From Hormiphora californensis (Eukaryota; Animalia; Ctenophora): 64,000 nt of DNA. Numbering within the stretch: the first letter of the stretch is position 1; the number at the start of each line of letters is the position of its first letter. Under the pieces are notes generated by a model. That model saw nothing but the letters and a program-made list of their open reading frames with translations. It was not told the origin of the DNA and did not search any database. Made by a program: the position numbers and the translations under genes. This document shows positions 10,437-23,588 of this stretch, one piece after another. The stretch lies in assembly GCA_020137815.1 (NCBI GenBank), contig CM035352.1:3844001-3908000 (forward strand). Reading direction: 5' to 3'.

Positions 10437-13400
10437 TTACGTTCCTACAGCTACTTCTCTAAATTTAACAGCATGATCTACAGATAATCTTCTTTGCGCT
10501 GCCAGGGTCTCTATATTTGAGGGTTCAGATAGGGCCTCAGAACTTCTTCTTGTAATGATATCTGTTGGGTCGAACGATCCACCTTCCGATATGTGATCCA
10601 AATCTGAAAAAAGAAATGAAGTAGCCTTTAACATCATAAAAAAGTTTTATAAGCTCTAGGTTTCTTCACAGAGTGTTCAATCCCATAATCAATGAATGAG
10701 ATCTGTTCAGGATTAAATAGGGAGGAAAATTAGAAAAACATCTTGTTCCGAATCCCATAATCATTGCATAATATTACCATCGTCAAGATTTAGATTGAGT
10801 CTTATGGAAGTCCTTTTGTTGGTCCACCGGTTTTCTGATGATTTTCGTGACAAAACCTGGTCATTATTTATAGGCACCCGAGAACTCGGGCCAGGTTCTT
10901 CGTCAGCATCTGTGATCAAACAAGGAATATGATCATTCATAATGATATTAATATTCATACAAGTGATGGTTGCTATCAGTGACTCGCCATTTATACATAA
11001 ATGGTTTTGGACAGCAAATATTTCCGATATAGGTAGCGGCGATTTCTTCATCAAAAAGCAAAACAAGTCTCCAGGACATAGCAAAAAAATATAAGTATGC
11101 ACCTACCATTTTGCTCTCGTGTGGGGAGGTAGAATTTTGGTCCAATCGAACTACGTCTCCGTTCTGCCGCTCTCCTGGCCACTACATTTGCCAGTGTTTG
11201 TCGGGATGGTTGTATTTCTGAAGGAGCAAATAAGACAGAATCTGAGTTCCTTCTGATTCGGCCGGGTTCTGGTGATGATTGCCAGTTGATAATTTGGTCA
11301 TCCTGCTGATCCGGATCGACCTGATCTACAAGGTGGGCCACGGATTGTTGGTAAGGGTTAGCGAGTTGTCCCGTCAAAACAGTGATAGTTGCGAAAATAA
11401 AAATCATGGGAGCACTCTGGATCAATTTCTTGGTAACTTTTTCCATAATTTTTTGTCAAAAATTCGAAAATTCATTTTTCATTCCTTCATTCATTTCTTG
11501 TTCATTTATGATGTAGGCATCCTAATTTTCCATCATGGTGCTATTTTTCTTTGGCTTGAATTTATCTTTCCAATGAACACCATAAAAATGAAATTGAAGC
11601 ACCAGGTCACGTTGCAGTTGAGAAAATGCTCATGCATGATTTTGGCTCTTCCTGCGACTTTCAACGAGCTGTATCACGGCTCCCTTTTGTTTAATCTTTT
11701 TCAAAATTTGGGTGAACATTGGATAAACAAAGATCTTTGCTCACAAGAAAAATCAAGGTCAAAACTCAAAGTTCATTTTTCATTTTTGGTAGTTCATTCC
11801 ACTCATTCAGGAACTAACATCCCTAAAGTCATGAAAAGTTTTGGTTTTTGTTTGGCCTATGCTCTGTAATGCCAGAGAGGTGTAGTAGCGTGTTTCCGGG
11901 CTAGTTTTTGGGTGTCCATGTGATCATGATGATACCTGACACCTTATTTGGGCCATAATTAAGATATTTTCTCAAGTTGAAGCATGTGACTTGGGTTTTC
12001 TGTGATTGATATCGTGAAAACAATGTTATGGGATCCCATAGCACCCCTAAAATGACGATTAATTCAACGAAATGAGTTGATTTATGATCGAAATTGTTCG
12101 TTTAGTTGAGTTTGTCTTCGGTTTAAATCTTTTCAATAATAAATCAACTCATTTTGTTGAATTAATCATCATTTTAGGGGTGCTATGGGATCCCATAACA
12201 TTGTTTCACGATATCAATCTCAGAAAACCCAAGTCACATGCTTCAACTTGAGAAAATATCTTAATTATGGCCCAAATAAGGTGTCAGGTATCATCATGAT
12301 CACATGGACACCCAAAAACTAGCCCGGAAACACGCTACTACACCTCTCTGGCATTGCAGAGCATAGGCCAAACAAAACCCAAAACTTTTCATGACTTTAG
12401 GGATATTAGTTCCTGAATGAGTGGAATGAACTACCAAAAATGAAAAATGAACTTTGAGTTTTGACCTTGATTTTTCTTGTGAGCAAAGATCTTTGTTTAT
12501 CCAATGTTCACCCAAATTTTGAAAAAGATTGAACAAAAGGAAGCCGTGATACAGCTCATTGAAAGTCGCAGGAAGAGCCAAAATCATGCATGAGCATTTT
12601 CTCAACTGCAACGTGACCTGGTGCTTCAATTTCATTTTTATGGTGTTCATTGGAAAGATAAATTCAAGCCAAAGAAAAATAGCACCATGATGGAAAATTA
12701 GGATGCTCACATCATAAATGAACGAGAAATGAATGAAGGAATGAAAAATGAATTTTCGAATTTTTGACAAAAAATTATGGAAAAAGTTACCAAGAAATTG
12801 ATCCAGAGTGCTCCCATGATTTTTATTCTCGCAACTATCACCGTTTTGACGGGACAACTCGCTAACCCTTACCAACAATCCGTGGCCCACCTTGTACATG
12901 AAGGAGTTAACTGGGGTTATACAAGAATTAGGAAAGAAACCCAAAGGGTTATTATAACATAAAAGGTTAGAACGCCTGGGTCTAGGAGGGTCGACCCCTT
13001 CCAGAGAGGGTCGAGAAACTCTTACATTTCCGTAGCACGGTAGGAGCAACATCAAGTGCAGCAGCAATGAGGTCAGATGCCAGCTCCTGGTTCCTTTCAG
13101 TCCTTTCCCTCTCTTCTAGAGCTATTAAATTATGGAGAACCGTCGGGCCTTCATCTTCTTTCTGAGAGACAAGGATTTTTCTTGTTACGACCCTTTTTAT
13201 TGTTACTTGTTAGAAATAAGAGCGGAGAAAAAGGGTACGGGCAAGACAAACAAGGGTAGAATATTAGTGAATATATGTAGCCCCCTCATCAATAAAATTA
13301 GAATCTCATCAGATTGAATCCTACTAGATGAGATTGTAATTCTACTAGGATTGAAAATAGGATTGAAGATATCAACTAACCAGTCTAAGAACTATTTTGT

Positions 13401-13656
13401 AGCGGAGTCTCCAGGTCACAAAACACATGAAAATAGCACAGCACACAAGGACAGCCAATACGACGACCATTAGCTCATATCCCCTCAGTAACGCATCGTG
13501 GTCAGCTTCATGGTATGATTCTTCAGAGTCCCCAGATTCTATAACAGAGTCATCACCAGATCTGCCACTAGCAATCATCATCAGGGACAAACTGGTGTTC
13601 TTCGAGCTGAGGAGATGTACCTCCTCAATAACAGCCATGATGATGTCCTTCAACAA
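10437..13656 (-). CDS. Uncharacterised single-pass membrane protein with long disordered cytoplasmic tail
   Basis: Five phase-compatible exons ~13381-13638/13656, ~13026-13161, ~11107-11325, ~10779-10909, 10437-10603; TM LMVVVLAVLVCCAIFMCFVTW; several RRxS motifs. Confidence 0.75.
11329..12894. mobile_element. 1.57-kb foldback Tc1/mariner-type non-autonomous element (family B)
   Basis: TA TSD (11327-11328 and 12895-12896); TIR CAAGGTGGGCCACGG extended to ~755-bp arms. Confidence 0.9.
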
Positions 13657-14589
13657 ACTACTGTATTATAGCTAGGAGAGATCAGGGGGTAACACTAACA
13701 GGCTGCAATGCTCTGACCGCTGTTCTTGTGCGCTCCTATTTGAAAGAGAGAGCTGAGAACATTATTATGTAATAAAGGAGGGAGAGAGAGGGTAACAAAG
13801 AACATGATTATATGTGGCCTAGTGTATCATGTATGCAGTAGTACATGTCAATGTGACATGTATAATACGTCAACCGACAAGTCGGATCCGCGATATCCAG
13901 TTCATGTGCACGCTTCAATAGTACACTATCCTCTCTTCTCTCTTCTCTATCGCTCTATCTCTATCTCTCTCGCTCTCTCTATCTCTCGTCTCTCTCATCT
14001 ATCTCTCTTCTCTCTCTCTCTTATCTATAACTCTCTATCGCTGTATATATATAGCTCTCATCTCTCTCTCTCTCATCTCGTCATCTATGATCACTCTCAA
14101 ACTACGTTTTAACATCTCCAACAAGACATTATACAGCTAGCCATTGTGGCCAACAATAAGAGCTGCAGCACTAGTTCATGATGTATAACACCTACTGCAG
14201 CACAATCATGTTATGTAGCTGTCTAACACAAACATGCAAATCTAATTCCTACTAAATCAGTCGATAAAGCTTCATTATGAGGACATTGCAGGGACCACTG
14301 CAGCATAGGATTGAAAAAGGAAGCCTCAAATATGATCACATCTCATTATAATACATGTTATAGTACATGTCTGTATGTTGAGGAATTATCTATTATAGAT
14401 AAGAGACAATATATAGGAAGCCAAACTAAATAAGCTTCATATGATGGTGATGGAGAGGATATATGTGAAATAGTAGCAGCATAGTAAATGTGCGTGTTGT
14501 ACTACCTATGTAAATTGTAATAGGTACTTAGCTTTTAGCGTGTTCCCGATCCCGATATTAATATATGATGTATAGGAACGGAAATCTCC

Positions 14590-15634
14590 CCCAGTGAATG
14601 CAGTGGAACAGATGGTAAAACCCTGGGAATTCTCTTGGATCACAATCTAAATCTCGATCGTCAGGTTAATAATGTGAGGAAACAGTGTGGAATGGTATTA
14701 CGGAACCTATGGCAACTACACAAATGTTTTGATGTCACAACAAAGATAATGTTGGTCAAACAATTGATCATTTCGAGGATTGACTACAGTAACATTCTGT
14801 ATTATGGACTTCCTGGCCGAGTTCTCAGTGGGCTCCAGAAACTCCTTAACGCCTGTGTTCGCTTCATATTCAACATCCATGGGCACCAAGAGGATTACAT
14901 GGAATACTTCAGGAAGTGTCACATTTTACCGATCTCCTACAGGCTGGACTTCAAAGCCTGTCTAATCGCCTACAAGATAGTCTATGGAACAGCACCCCGT
15001 TACCTCCAGGAAATGGTGCCACTTGATGACAGTTGGGGTCTCTCCAGGACAACAAGGATGACTAATGTTACTGATCCGTACAGATTGAAACACCCGAAGA
15101 TGACCAGTATCAACGCCAACTCTAAGTTGAGACGCAGGAGACTATCGGTATTTCTACCTAATGTCTGGAATGGACTACCCCTTGAGCTTAGGTCAATCCC
15201 CAACGTCGAAACCTTCAAGGCCCGCCTGAAAACACATCTCTTCGTTGGTGCATTTGGAGTGGGTGATGGGGAACCCATGGCTGAGTTGTAATGTTTGTTG
15301 TAGTTGTGGGGCCTGCGGGCAATCAGTGTCAACCTCTCTCTAGCCATGTTATTATTTCACTACCTAGTATCCTTTTTCCTAGCAGGTGTAAGTAAAGTGT
15401 GTTTTAAATTTATAGCTACAGGTTTATGGGACCAGTTTATCCTTCAGTTTTATATGTCCAGTTAATTTAGTCTTACAATATATTGTTCTTTTTCAACCAG
15501 AGTGTTCGTGTGTGTCATATATTTAATCGAGGATATACCGCTCTGATGACTCGACGGAGCATCGCCAATATTTTGACATGTTTCCGTCGGGTATGGGCGG
15601 TATACAAGCGCGAATATTATTATTATTATTATTA
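14590..15634 (+). mobile_element. 5'-truncated L2/CR1-group LINE (end of ORF2 plus 3' UTR)
   Basis: ORF 14635-15291 with IISRIDYSN, HILPISYR, WNGLPLELR...FKARLKTHLF; (ATT)n tail at ~15615-15634. Confidence 0.85.
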
Positions 15635-15689
15635 GGATGCGGATTACGGATCCCTCGCTCCAGGCTCCGTTGAACTGTCTTGATCAGTA

Positions 15690-16053
15690 CCGCGGCGGCT
15701 TGGTGGTGGGTGACTCGGTGTGAGCGTTGGGTGGCTGGTGGTGGCCAGTGGGCGTTTGGGGTTGGCCTGGGCGGTGGGCGTTTGGTGTTGGGCGGTTGGC
15801 GTTTGGGGTTGAGCGGTGGACGTTTGGGATTTGGTGGTGGACGTTTGGTGTTGGACGTTTGGGGTTGGACGGTTGGCGTTTGGGGTTGGGCGGTGGACGT
15901 TTGGGGTTGGGCGTTTGGGGAATGGGGTTGGGCGGTGGGCGTTTGGGGTTGGGCGTATGGGGAATGGGGTTGGGTGGTGGGCGTTTGGGGTTGGGCGGTG
16001 GGTGTCTGGGGTTGGGCGTTTGGGGTTGGCAGGTGGGCGCGGTTGTGGTTGGG
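15690..16053. repeat. G-rich ~21-bp minisatellite
   Basis: GGGGTTGGGCGGTGGGCGTTT-like units. Confidence 0.9.
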
Positions 16054-16971
16054 CTGTGAGGACGACCAAAGTAACACAATATAGTTATGGCTACTCACTT
16101 AACTTTTAGTGTATTTTGCTATTTTGTGATCATATCCTTCCGTTGAACGGCCCTCACACCGCGGACCCCTCCTACTTTTTCTAAAAATACAAACTCCCGC
16201 TCCCAAGAATTCTCTCTAGCCTCCAGCGTGCTGCTGGATATATTCACGGCCCGCATTCCAATGTTATGACGTGTTCTCTCACGTAATATATAAAGACCTC
16301 ATGCCTGTTGTAGCACAACCTCATTAGGAGGATGTAGAAGCGGATACCTTATTCGGAAATATTTTCCCTCCAAATTCCTGTTCAGGTGGCAATTAATTGG
16401 AGTTGTGACAATCACACCGCTCCTGCAGTATATAACTGCAGCAGGACACCATTGTGTAGTATCCACGTTCTACAGTAGTTGGTGAAATTGTGCCTGTACT
16501 CCCCTGTCGAGTCCTTGACCCTTGTTGCAAGTCAGAGAGCTCACCAGATTACTCAACAAGTACTCCCTAGTTTAGAATTCCTATATCTTATAGTGGGACA
16601 TCTAATACATGGGTCGGCTACCAGTTCCCGAAAGTCCAATACTATCAACGGACTTGCGTGTGTTGTAGATCACCTGAATCATCAGTCCTTCAATTGTTTA
16701 ATCACTCTCAATGAATCATTGATCGGATGTCATCCGATCCGGAACTATCTTAGTTACATTTTAGTAAAATTTGCTTTTGTTTCCTTCAGCCTATTGCCAT
16801 GCTCCTTTACGTCACAACTTAACATTTCCCCCGCTCGAGTGAATACCGATTAGCGAAGAATATTTGAAATCAATAAAATAATGATACTCAACACAATTTA
16901 TTCCGTACGGTTAGTCGGCAGCTGTTTTAAGGATAACGTCAGTCAGCCGAGTCATTTCTGCACTCTCTTGA

Positions 16972-16972
<1 letters not shown>

Positions 16973-17056
<84 letters not shown>
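16973..17056. repeat. (CT)n microsatellite; similar tracts at ~27250, 28950, 30135, 30590, 39420, 39640, 43023, 48050, 50604
   Basis: Direct inspection. Confidence 0.95.
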
Positions 17057-17506
17057 ACTTCCACTCTTTCCTTTTTAAAAAATGTATATCCTGCTATCAT
17101 ATTTCATTGGTTATTCAGTATTAGTCGTCACAGGCATTATCTTAGAAGTTGAAGATTATGTTAATATTATGTGAAATGCATGACATTGACTCCGCTTAAT
17201 CAACTTTTCCTCCCAAGTGACCTAACGCCCAGCAGGTTTTTAAGGCTTGGCTCGCTCGTTGAGTCAAAACATACAGTATGATCTAATATCTAATGTCGCT
17301 ACAGCAGCTACATCTTAGCCGTGGTATAAAACGTGAGCAAGAAACCTTAATCTTTTAGTTTGGTTTCTTTAGCACGAACTAGCTACGTAGTGTCGCGTGC
17401 CCTGCAGCACTAATAATAGTAAACTGTGGTGTAGCTTTTAGTTGCTTCTTAAGTTTGTAACTTTAGTTTGTATATTACATTAATTGAGGTGATATGCTTT
17501 CCAGAT

Positions 17507-17578
17507 CTGTCAGAGCATTTGCCTGACCCCATTCTCATTTCTCGCGCGAGAACTGTGGTCAGAACATTGGCCTAACAG
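17507..17578. mobile_element. 72-bp micro-MITE (CTGTCAGAGCATT family)
   Basis: CTGT...ACAG termini; perfect 8-bp TSD TTCCAGAT. Confidence 0.75.
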
Positions 17579-17705
17579 TTCCAGATCGCAAGATGAACCA
17601 GCACCTTGACCTGATTTCCAGCTCTGCCTACCCCCCTCTCAACTCCAAATCTACATGTTGTCCACTGTCTACCCCTCTCTCAACTCAAAATATACTAGCT
17701 CAACT

Positions 17706-20700
17706 ATGTTTGTAATGCTGCGAGCTAGGATCTACCTATTAACCCTCATTTTGGGCCGGGCGTACGGGGATAAATTCCACTGTGATGATCATGGTCTTTA
17801 TGATCCCCTTCCTGGCTACGAATACACTTGTGATGGAATTCAACAGGTATATAGAGCTGGCAGCCTTTTGAAGCAGTGATCTGACAACATAGATTTTAAT
17901 ATTCATGTCAGTTGCATGCCATAATGAGAGTACCTTTCATGTCAAAGATTAGGAAGTGAAACTATAGAAATTCCTGAAGCTAGAGTTTTTCTTTTCAGTT
18001 CATCTCCATCACTTCACGATGAAGTGATGGAGAATGGAGATGAATTTCATCTTACCATGCTCACAGTCCATGGTTACAACTACGTGTGTTGTTTCAGTGT
18101 CTAGATGGGACAGACGAGTTGGGGTGCCTAGATTGCCCGACTGGACAACTCATGGTATCTGGCTTTACTGGGAAGCTTACCCCCTACAACACTATTTACA
18201 CAGAGGAATCCTATAAACTATGGGTAAGAAGGAAACTATTAGTAAAAGTAACAATCTCTCTTTTGCTCTCTGTAGTTAATGTAACAATCTCACTTTGAAT
18301 GATCATATTGAGATCAGGTTGATATATTTAGAAGTTGCTATTTCAGTCACAATTTGTCACCATTATATGGATTATGGATACATTAATAATACGTCATTGT
18401 CAATAATTTGTCAGTTTTCTAGTTTCCTGTTGCACCCTTATTTAATAAGTTATTAGTCATGAACTTGTAGATAATAACACCCCTTATTCAACAACTTATT
18501 ACTAAATATCTGATATCTGAGTTGAGTGAATCGCAGGTTTGAATTATGTAACTAATGTCATTGTTCAAGGTAATGACTTGGTTACATAATCTTCACAAAT
18601 TATTAGCACCTTGCACTGATAGGAACATGTATAATAATCGGACGATCACAGCTGGGAGGGGATCAATAGAGATCAGAGGTCAGGAGATGGGAGCAGATAT
18701 ACGCGGAGAGCACAGAGAGAGCACAGAGAGGGGGAGGGGAACAGAGAGGTACCTTGGGTCTAATACTAATAACCTTTAGTGACGTATTTTCCCTTGTAAT
18801 AAATTTCCTGTTTACCTCATTGAGAGCAAAGCATGTCAATCACAATTTAATTAATGTATTAGCGAATCAAAACCTACCTGTATCTTCCTCTTCCTCCTCC
18901 TCTTCACAAATAAGTGGGGTGCCAGTAAGAAGGCCATCCGAAGTACAGGATCCAGTCTTGGCAACCTTCCAATCTTCACATGTCACTTGAACTGCCTCCC
19001 CCTTACACACCAGCCCCTTTTTAGTGACAAGAGATGGTGTAATGGCCGTGTAGGAACCACGTATCATGGTATGGATGTCGAATCGGCAAAACCTGCAAAC
19101 TGGGGAATGAATTTTTATTCTTTGGTTGTTGATCCCAACCGTCTCGTTGAGATATGGCCTTTCATAATTCATCAGTTTGGCAATATTTTGATTTCCTGTC
19201 AGGCCAATGATATGACCGCTGATTTTTATGAGAATAAGGTCAGGCCAATGCTCTAAAAATGGATTTCCGAAAAACTATCGCTCCCTGCCATAACAGGACA
19301 CACACTGTCTGGCGCCGCGACCCATCTGAGCGCACTGTCGCGCCCAATTTGAGAATCTTAAATGGGGTATGGCGCCGCCATACAGGACACACATACACAC
19401 TACACTTACTGCTGATTTTAGGATCCCATCTCAGTTCCACTATATCAAGAATCTGGCCGGTATTTTCCGGCGAACTGTCAGTGCTTGATGTCACGACCCC
19501 AGACGGAAACTGACAATCAAACCCCTGGACGGTCATCTGTCCTCCATCCACCAACTCCCATTTGTATATACCCTGTCTGTCCACCAGAACTAAAAAGTGG
19601 GTCCGGCCGGGGGCGTTAATTTTCTCCCAGTAGAAGGAGGCACCACATTTTGTTTCCTCTATCTTCCGGTAGACCCCACTGTAGAGGTTATTAGGTAAAT
19701 TGTTGTAGGCAACCCACACTTGATCTTCTGGTACCTCTTCCACTGAGCTATCTGATACACTAGATCTCACTCCCCTGGCAGCTACTAAATTAGATCTCAC
19801 TCCCCTGGCAGCAGCAGCTACAATTAAAACAAATAACAACAACATATCATTTCAGAACAGGCCCGTCTACAAGGCAGCTCCAGGGTCCCTTCTCTCCGGG
19901 AGTGACTGGTTCTTTAGTTACTCCGCGTCATCAAGCACCTGGCACCTAGGACAACTTGATGGAGGGGATGAGATGGTTAGGAGTGGTGGGACACATGCAG
20001 TTAGACCATTTACAGAGCCTGCCAGGTGGTCAATAAAGTAAGTGAGATGTGAGTGAGATATATCAGGTGCATGTGTTTCAGTACTTTCGAGGTTGTAAAT
20101 GCAAGAACTGTGAAATTGGAAGCTGTTTCTTAAATACGAGCAGCTGTAAAATTCCCCTTGCATATTTTGTTGAGTTGTTACTCAACAATACATATTAAAA
20201 CAGAAGTTAACAAGAAGTTGTATGAGCTGGAAATTACAGACACAGCTGCTGAAATAATTTTAATTGTCCATCAACTCAACTTTTTTTTCTTGCTGTGTCT
20301 GTAATTTCCAGCTCATCCAATGAGCAATGAGAACCCCATCACTAATTCTAACATGATCGTACTATTACAGGGAAGATGGTGGTGAGGTTGAGTTAAACTT
20401 TCAATGTGTCCCAAAAGAGGTCCGGAAGTGTAGTGCGAACCTACTAATCATCACCCAACAACACGGTAACTTTACTGCAGTACCGGGACTGGGGTTCAAA
20501 TTTTGGGAGAGAAAACTAGAAAAGTGAGATTGGGAGAGTTTTAAAAAGTTCAATCATCCATTGCAACTTTAAACTGACACCCCTTCCCATTATTTAGTTT
20601 ACAAAGTTGCGCCAACGTTTACCTACAAGCACAACCGGCCAGTTTACAGTTCCGACGACCTGGAATTGAGTTATGGTAACCATGGTAACATGTCCTGGTC

Positions 20701-23588
20701 TCTTAGTAACACAACCAGTGGTCAGCCAGTGGTGCAGTTTCCAGGAACAGATCCCATCCTCCATCCTGAGTACATTACCAGCCCTGGTGTCATGGAGGGT
20801 GTGAGGGGGTCTAACATCCAGATCAAGTGTGAAACTTTGTTAGAAGATTGGGTTGAGGAACCTGGTTCATATCTAAACTGTTTATTCCAGGTAGGCATAT
20901 TATAGTTATCAATTAGGTGTCATATGAATCATCGGATATATTATCCATTTAATTTACAGTTTAGTTTATACGACATACGTGGAACACCCTTTCAATGTTA
21001 TCACCCTAATCCCCCTTTCCCAGAGCGGTATTTGTTCTTGGATGACTCTCACCTCAGATCCAGGTGTCAGCTACACCATTGGTACACCCTCCCTCACCTC
21101 CCTTGGCACCCGTCTCCCATCCTCCCTGTATGTGGACTCCATGAGGACCGCTCCTGGGACCTTGAAACTAATCAGCCAGCACTTTACATCCACTACGGAG
21201 GGGTGTTTGGTTCTAGATCTGGCCAGTACAGTTTACCCTACTGATTATCGAGAGGCAAACTTTACTGTTTCATTGTAAGTGTTTAGCTAACTGTTAACCG
21301 GTATCCATGGTTACCATGGTTATCTATCAAATAGTGAGTTAACATTTGGTAACCATGGCTTTTTACCAGATACATGCATCTTCTCACCCATACATTTTAT
21401 GTGCCTACATGGCAACTATACTATGTGCCTACATGGCAACTATAACAATTGTACTTATTATCCGCATGACTGCTCTTGAAAGGGTTCCCATCACTTATTA
21501 TCAGCTACATATCAGTTGACATCTAGTGATTTAATAATAATCATTCCTAGGTTATAATAAACAACCTCTAATCTTCCAAACCCAACCACACAAACCCTCC
21601 CTTCCCTTTAGGAAAGATCTATATCAACTAGTACCCCATCCCTACTCCCTCAGGAGAGACCTGTATTCTAACCCCCTCCCTACTCCCTCAGGAGAGACCT
21701 GTATTCTAACCCCCTCCCTCCTCCCTTAGGAGAGACCTGTATTCTAACCCCCCCCCCCCCTCATGAGAGACCTGTATTCTAACCCCCTCCCCCTCAGGAG
21801 AGACCTGTATTCCAAAACTACGGTGTATTCCCTGGAGGAGTGCACCAGCACGGACTGTTATGAACTAACTAGACGACAAGTTAAGATTGATATACCAATC
21901 GGAGATAGTATGCAGGTAATTTTAGAATTTAGATTATAACCCAATGCTCTTCACTTACTCTGTAATTATCCCGTATAGACTCATGCGTAGGATTTCCGAC
22001 AGGGGATTCATGCCCATGGCAACCAGGAACCGACCGAATCAGGAAATACTGGTCCCTGATTGGCTGATAACCAGTCATGTAACCTAAATAACGAGTTCTG
22101 ATTGGTTGTTTACTTGTTTCGGTCGGTTCCTGATGGCAACAGTGAACAGCTCTCTAATATCAAATATTTCCCACGTTTTATAGGTGTTGCTAGAGTGGAG
22201 GTTCGGGCTAAACGAGCAGTACAGTGGTACTATTGCTCTCTTTGAATCTGCATATGTTGCTGATACTACCTGTGAGATGTTTGATGATAATTTCTTTGAT
22301 GCCTGTGACATGTTCTGGCCCTGTGATCATGGGACATGTACACCAAAAGGTATTATATACTGTGCAGAATTGATTGAGTATTGGGGTTACTTTGGCCACA
22401 TTGATGCCTGAGTGAGATCGAGGTCGCGCAGCGAGAATAGGTTGCAATGGAGCCAACGGGTTACTCAACAAGTAAGGGGTTACTCAACAAGTCTAAATTA
22501 TTAGGACCTAATCATATTGGCATAATATAAAAAATCGAGACAGAAAATAATAGTTGTCCAAATCCACACTAAATGGATAATAATTAATAATTGACCCCTT
22601 CTTGTATAATTATAGGTGTTCGAGGGTTTGAGTGTCAGTGTGACCCTGGTTACCATGGTGAACGATGCGGTAACACCACGGTGACATGTGACGGTGATCA
22701 CGTGATTGGTAATATGACAGGAGTTGAAAGGGTGGAGGTATTGCCAGGATACTGGACAGAAGAATTGCTGGTTACTTGTGGGGAGGGATACACCACTAAT
22801 CAGAGTCAGATCAGGTAACCGTGTAACGGCAAAATCACAAAATTTATCTCTACCAATTATATCTCGCTATTGTATATCCAGTGTCCTGCATTTCACAATG
22901 ATTTCGTGTGGTGTAATAATTATTAATTAAATATTTTACCAGGTGCCCAGTGGATCTGGAGGAGAACACCACCAGCATCTGTGTTCCAGTCCAGTGCCCT
23001 CCATTTCCTGTCTCTAATTCCAACATCACCCAACTAAACTCTACACACATTATCTCCACTTGTATCCCCGGGTTTCTTCCTACCCAGCCTCAAACCTACT
23101 CTTGCCACCTAGGATCATGGCTACCTCCCCCTATAATTACCTGCACCCCAGACTGCTCCTTCATAAACACAACTATTGAAGTGGGTGGTAGGAAGACTAT
23201 GACCAACATGGGTGTGAGGGTATGTCATCATCATCTTACTGAATCCCCCTCCTCCTACACAAACTGTTCTGAGGTTTCCCGTTCCGTTCGTATTGGCGAA
23301 TCAGTAAGAATGAGTGATCTTGGTGGTGTGGTGGTACGCCCACAACTTCAGAAACTCTGTATTAGATATCATGATAACAACAGCAGTACTGCAACAGACA
23401 GTTGTATAGAGAGATGTACAGACGATATCTACCTAAGAATAGAGACAGGTGATGGTTTGATGATTGAGGTATTACGTGACGTATCTGATGCTGACAGTTT
23501 TATCGTGAGTCACACTGCTCCTTCATCAAACATTTCATCTTATATTTTATTGATATCACTTCTTATTGCCCTGTTTGTAAAGAGATGA
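17706..23588 (+). CDS. Surface protein: signal peptide, LDLa, two NRPVY beta modules, MAM, EGF, sushi-like, C-terminal hydrophobic (GPI-type) tail
   Basis: Ten phase-compatible exons starting ~17706, 18098, 19856, 20371, 20598, 21024, 21798, 22184, 22616, 22943. CDGIQQCLDGTDELGC (LDLa); CLFQSGICSW...LYVDS...LISQHF...CL (MAM); CQCDPGYHGERC (EGF). Confidence 0.8.
18867..19845 (-). CDS. Nested antisense secreted protein in intron 2 of the LDLa-MAM gene
   Basis: Signal peptide MLLLFVLIVAAAARG; exon 1 ~19410-19845 and exon 2 from ~19100 join in phase 1; Cys-rich C-terminus and poly-E; true 3' end uncertain. Confidence 0.65.
19305..19385. mobile_element. 81-bp micro-MITE (CTGTCTGGCG family)
   Basis: Same termini as 1281-1337; perfect 8-bp TSD GACACACA. 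Confidence 0.8.
20222..20315. repeat. Short inverted repeat, possible MITE remnant
   Basis: ATGAGCTGGAAATTACAGACACAGC and its reverse complement; no clear TSD. Confidence 0.6.
21595..21812 (+). repeat. 33-38 bp minisatellite built from a splice-acceptor/exon junction
   Basis: Five or six copies of CCCTCAG|GAGAGACCTGTATTC. Confidence 0.85.
22024..22132. mobile_element. hAT-type MITE
   Basis: TIR CAGGAACCGACCGAA; perfect 8-bp TSD ATGGCAAC. Confidence 0.85.

Noticed and set aside
11279-13067. 196-aa and 255-aa ORFs
   Set aside because: Chance ORFs in palindromic TE arms
15523-16109. Six overlapping Pro/Gly/Trp-rich ORFs
   Set aside because: Stop-free minisatellite
21595-21812. CRISPR-like array
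   Set aside because: No unique spacers, eukaryotic intron, no cas genes
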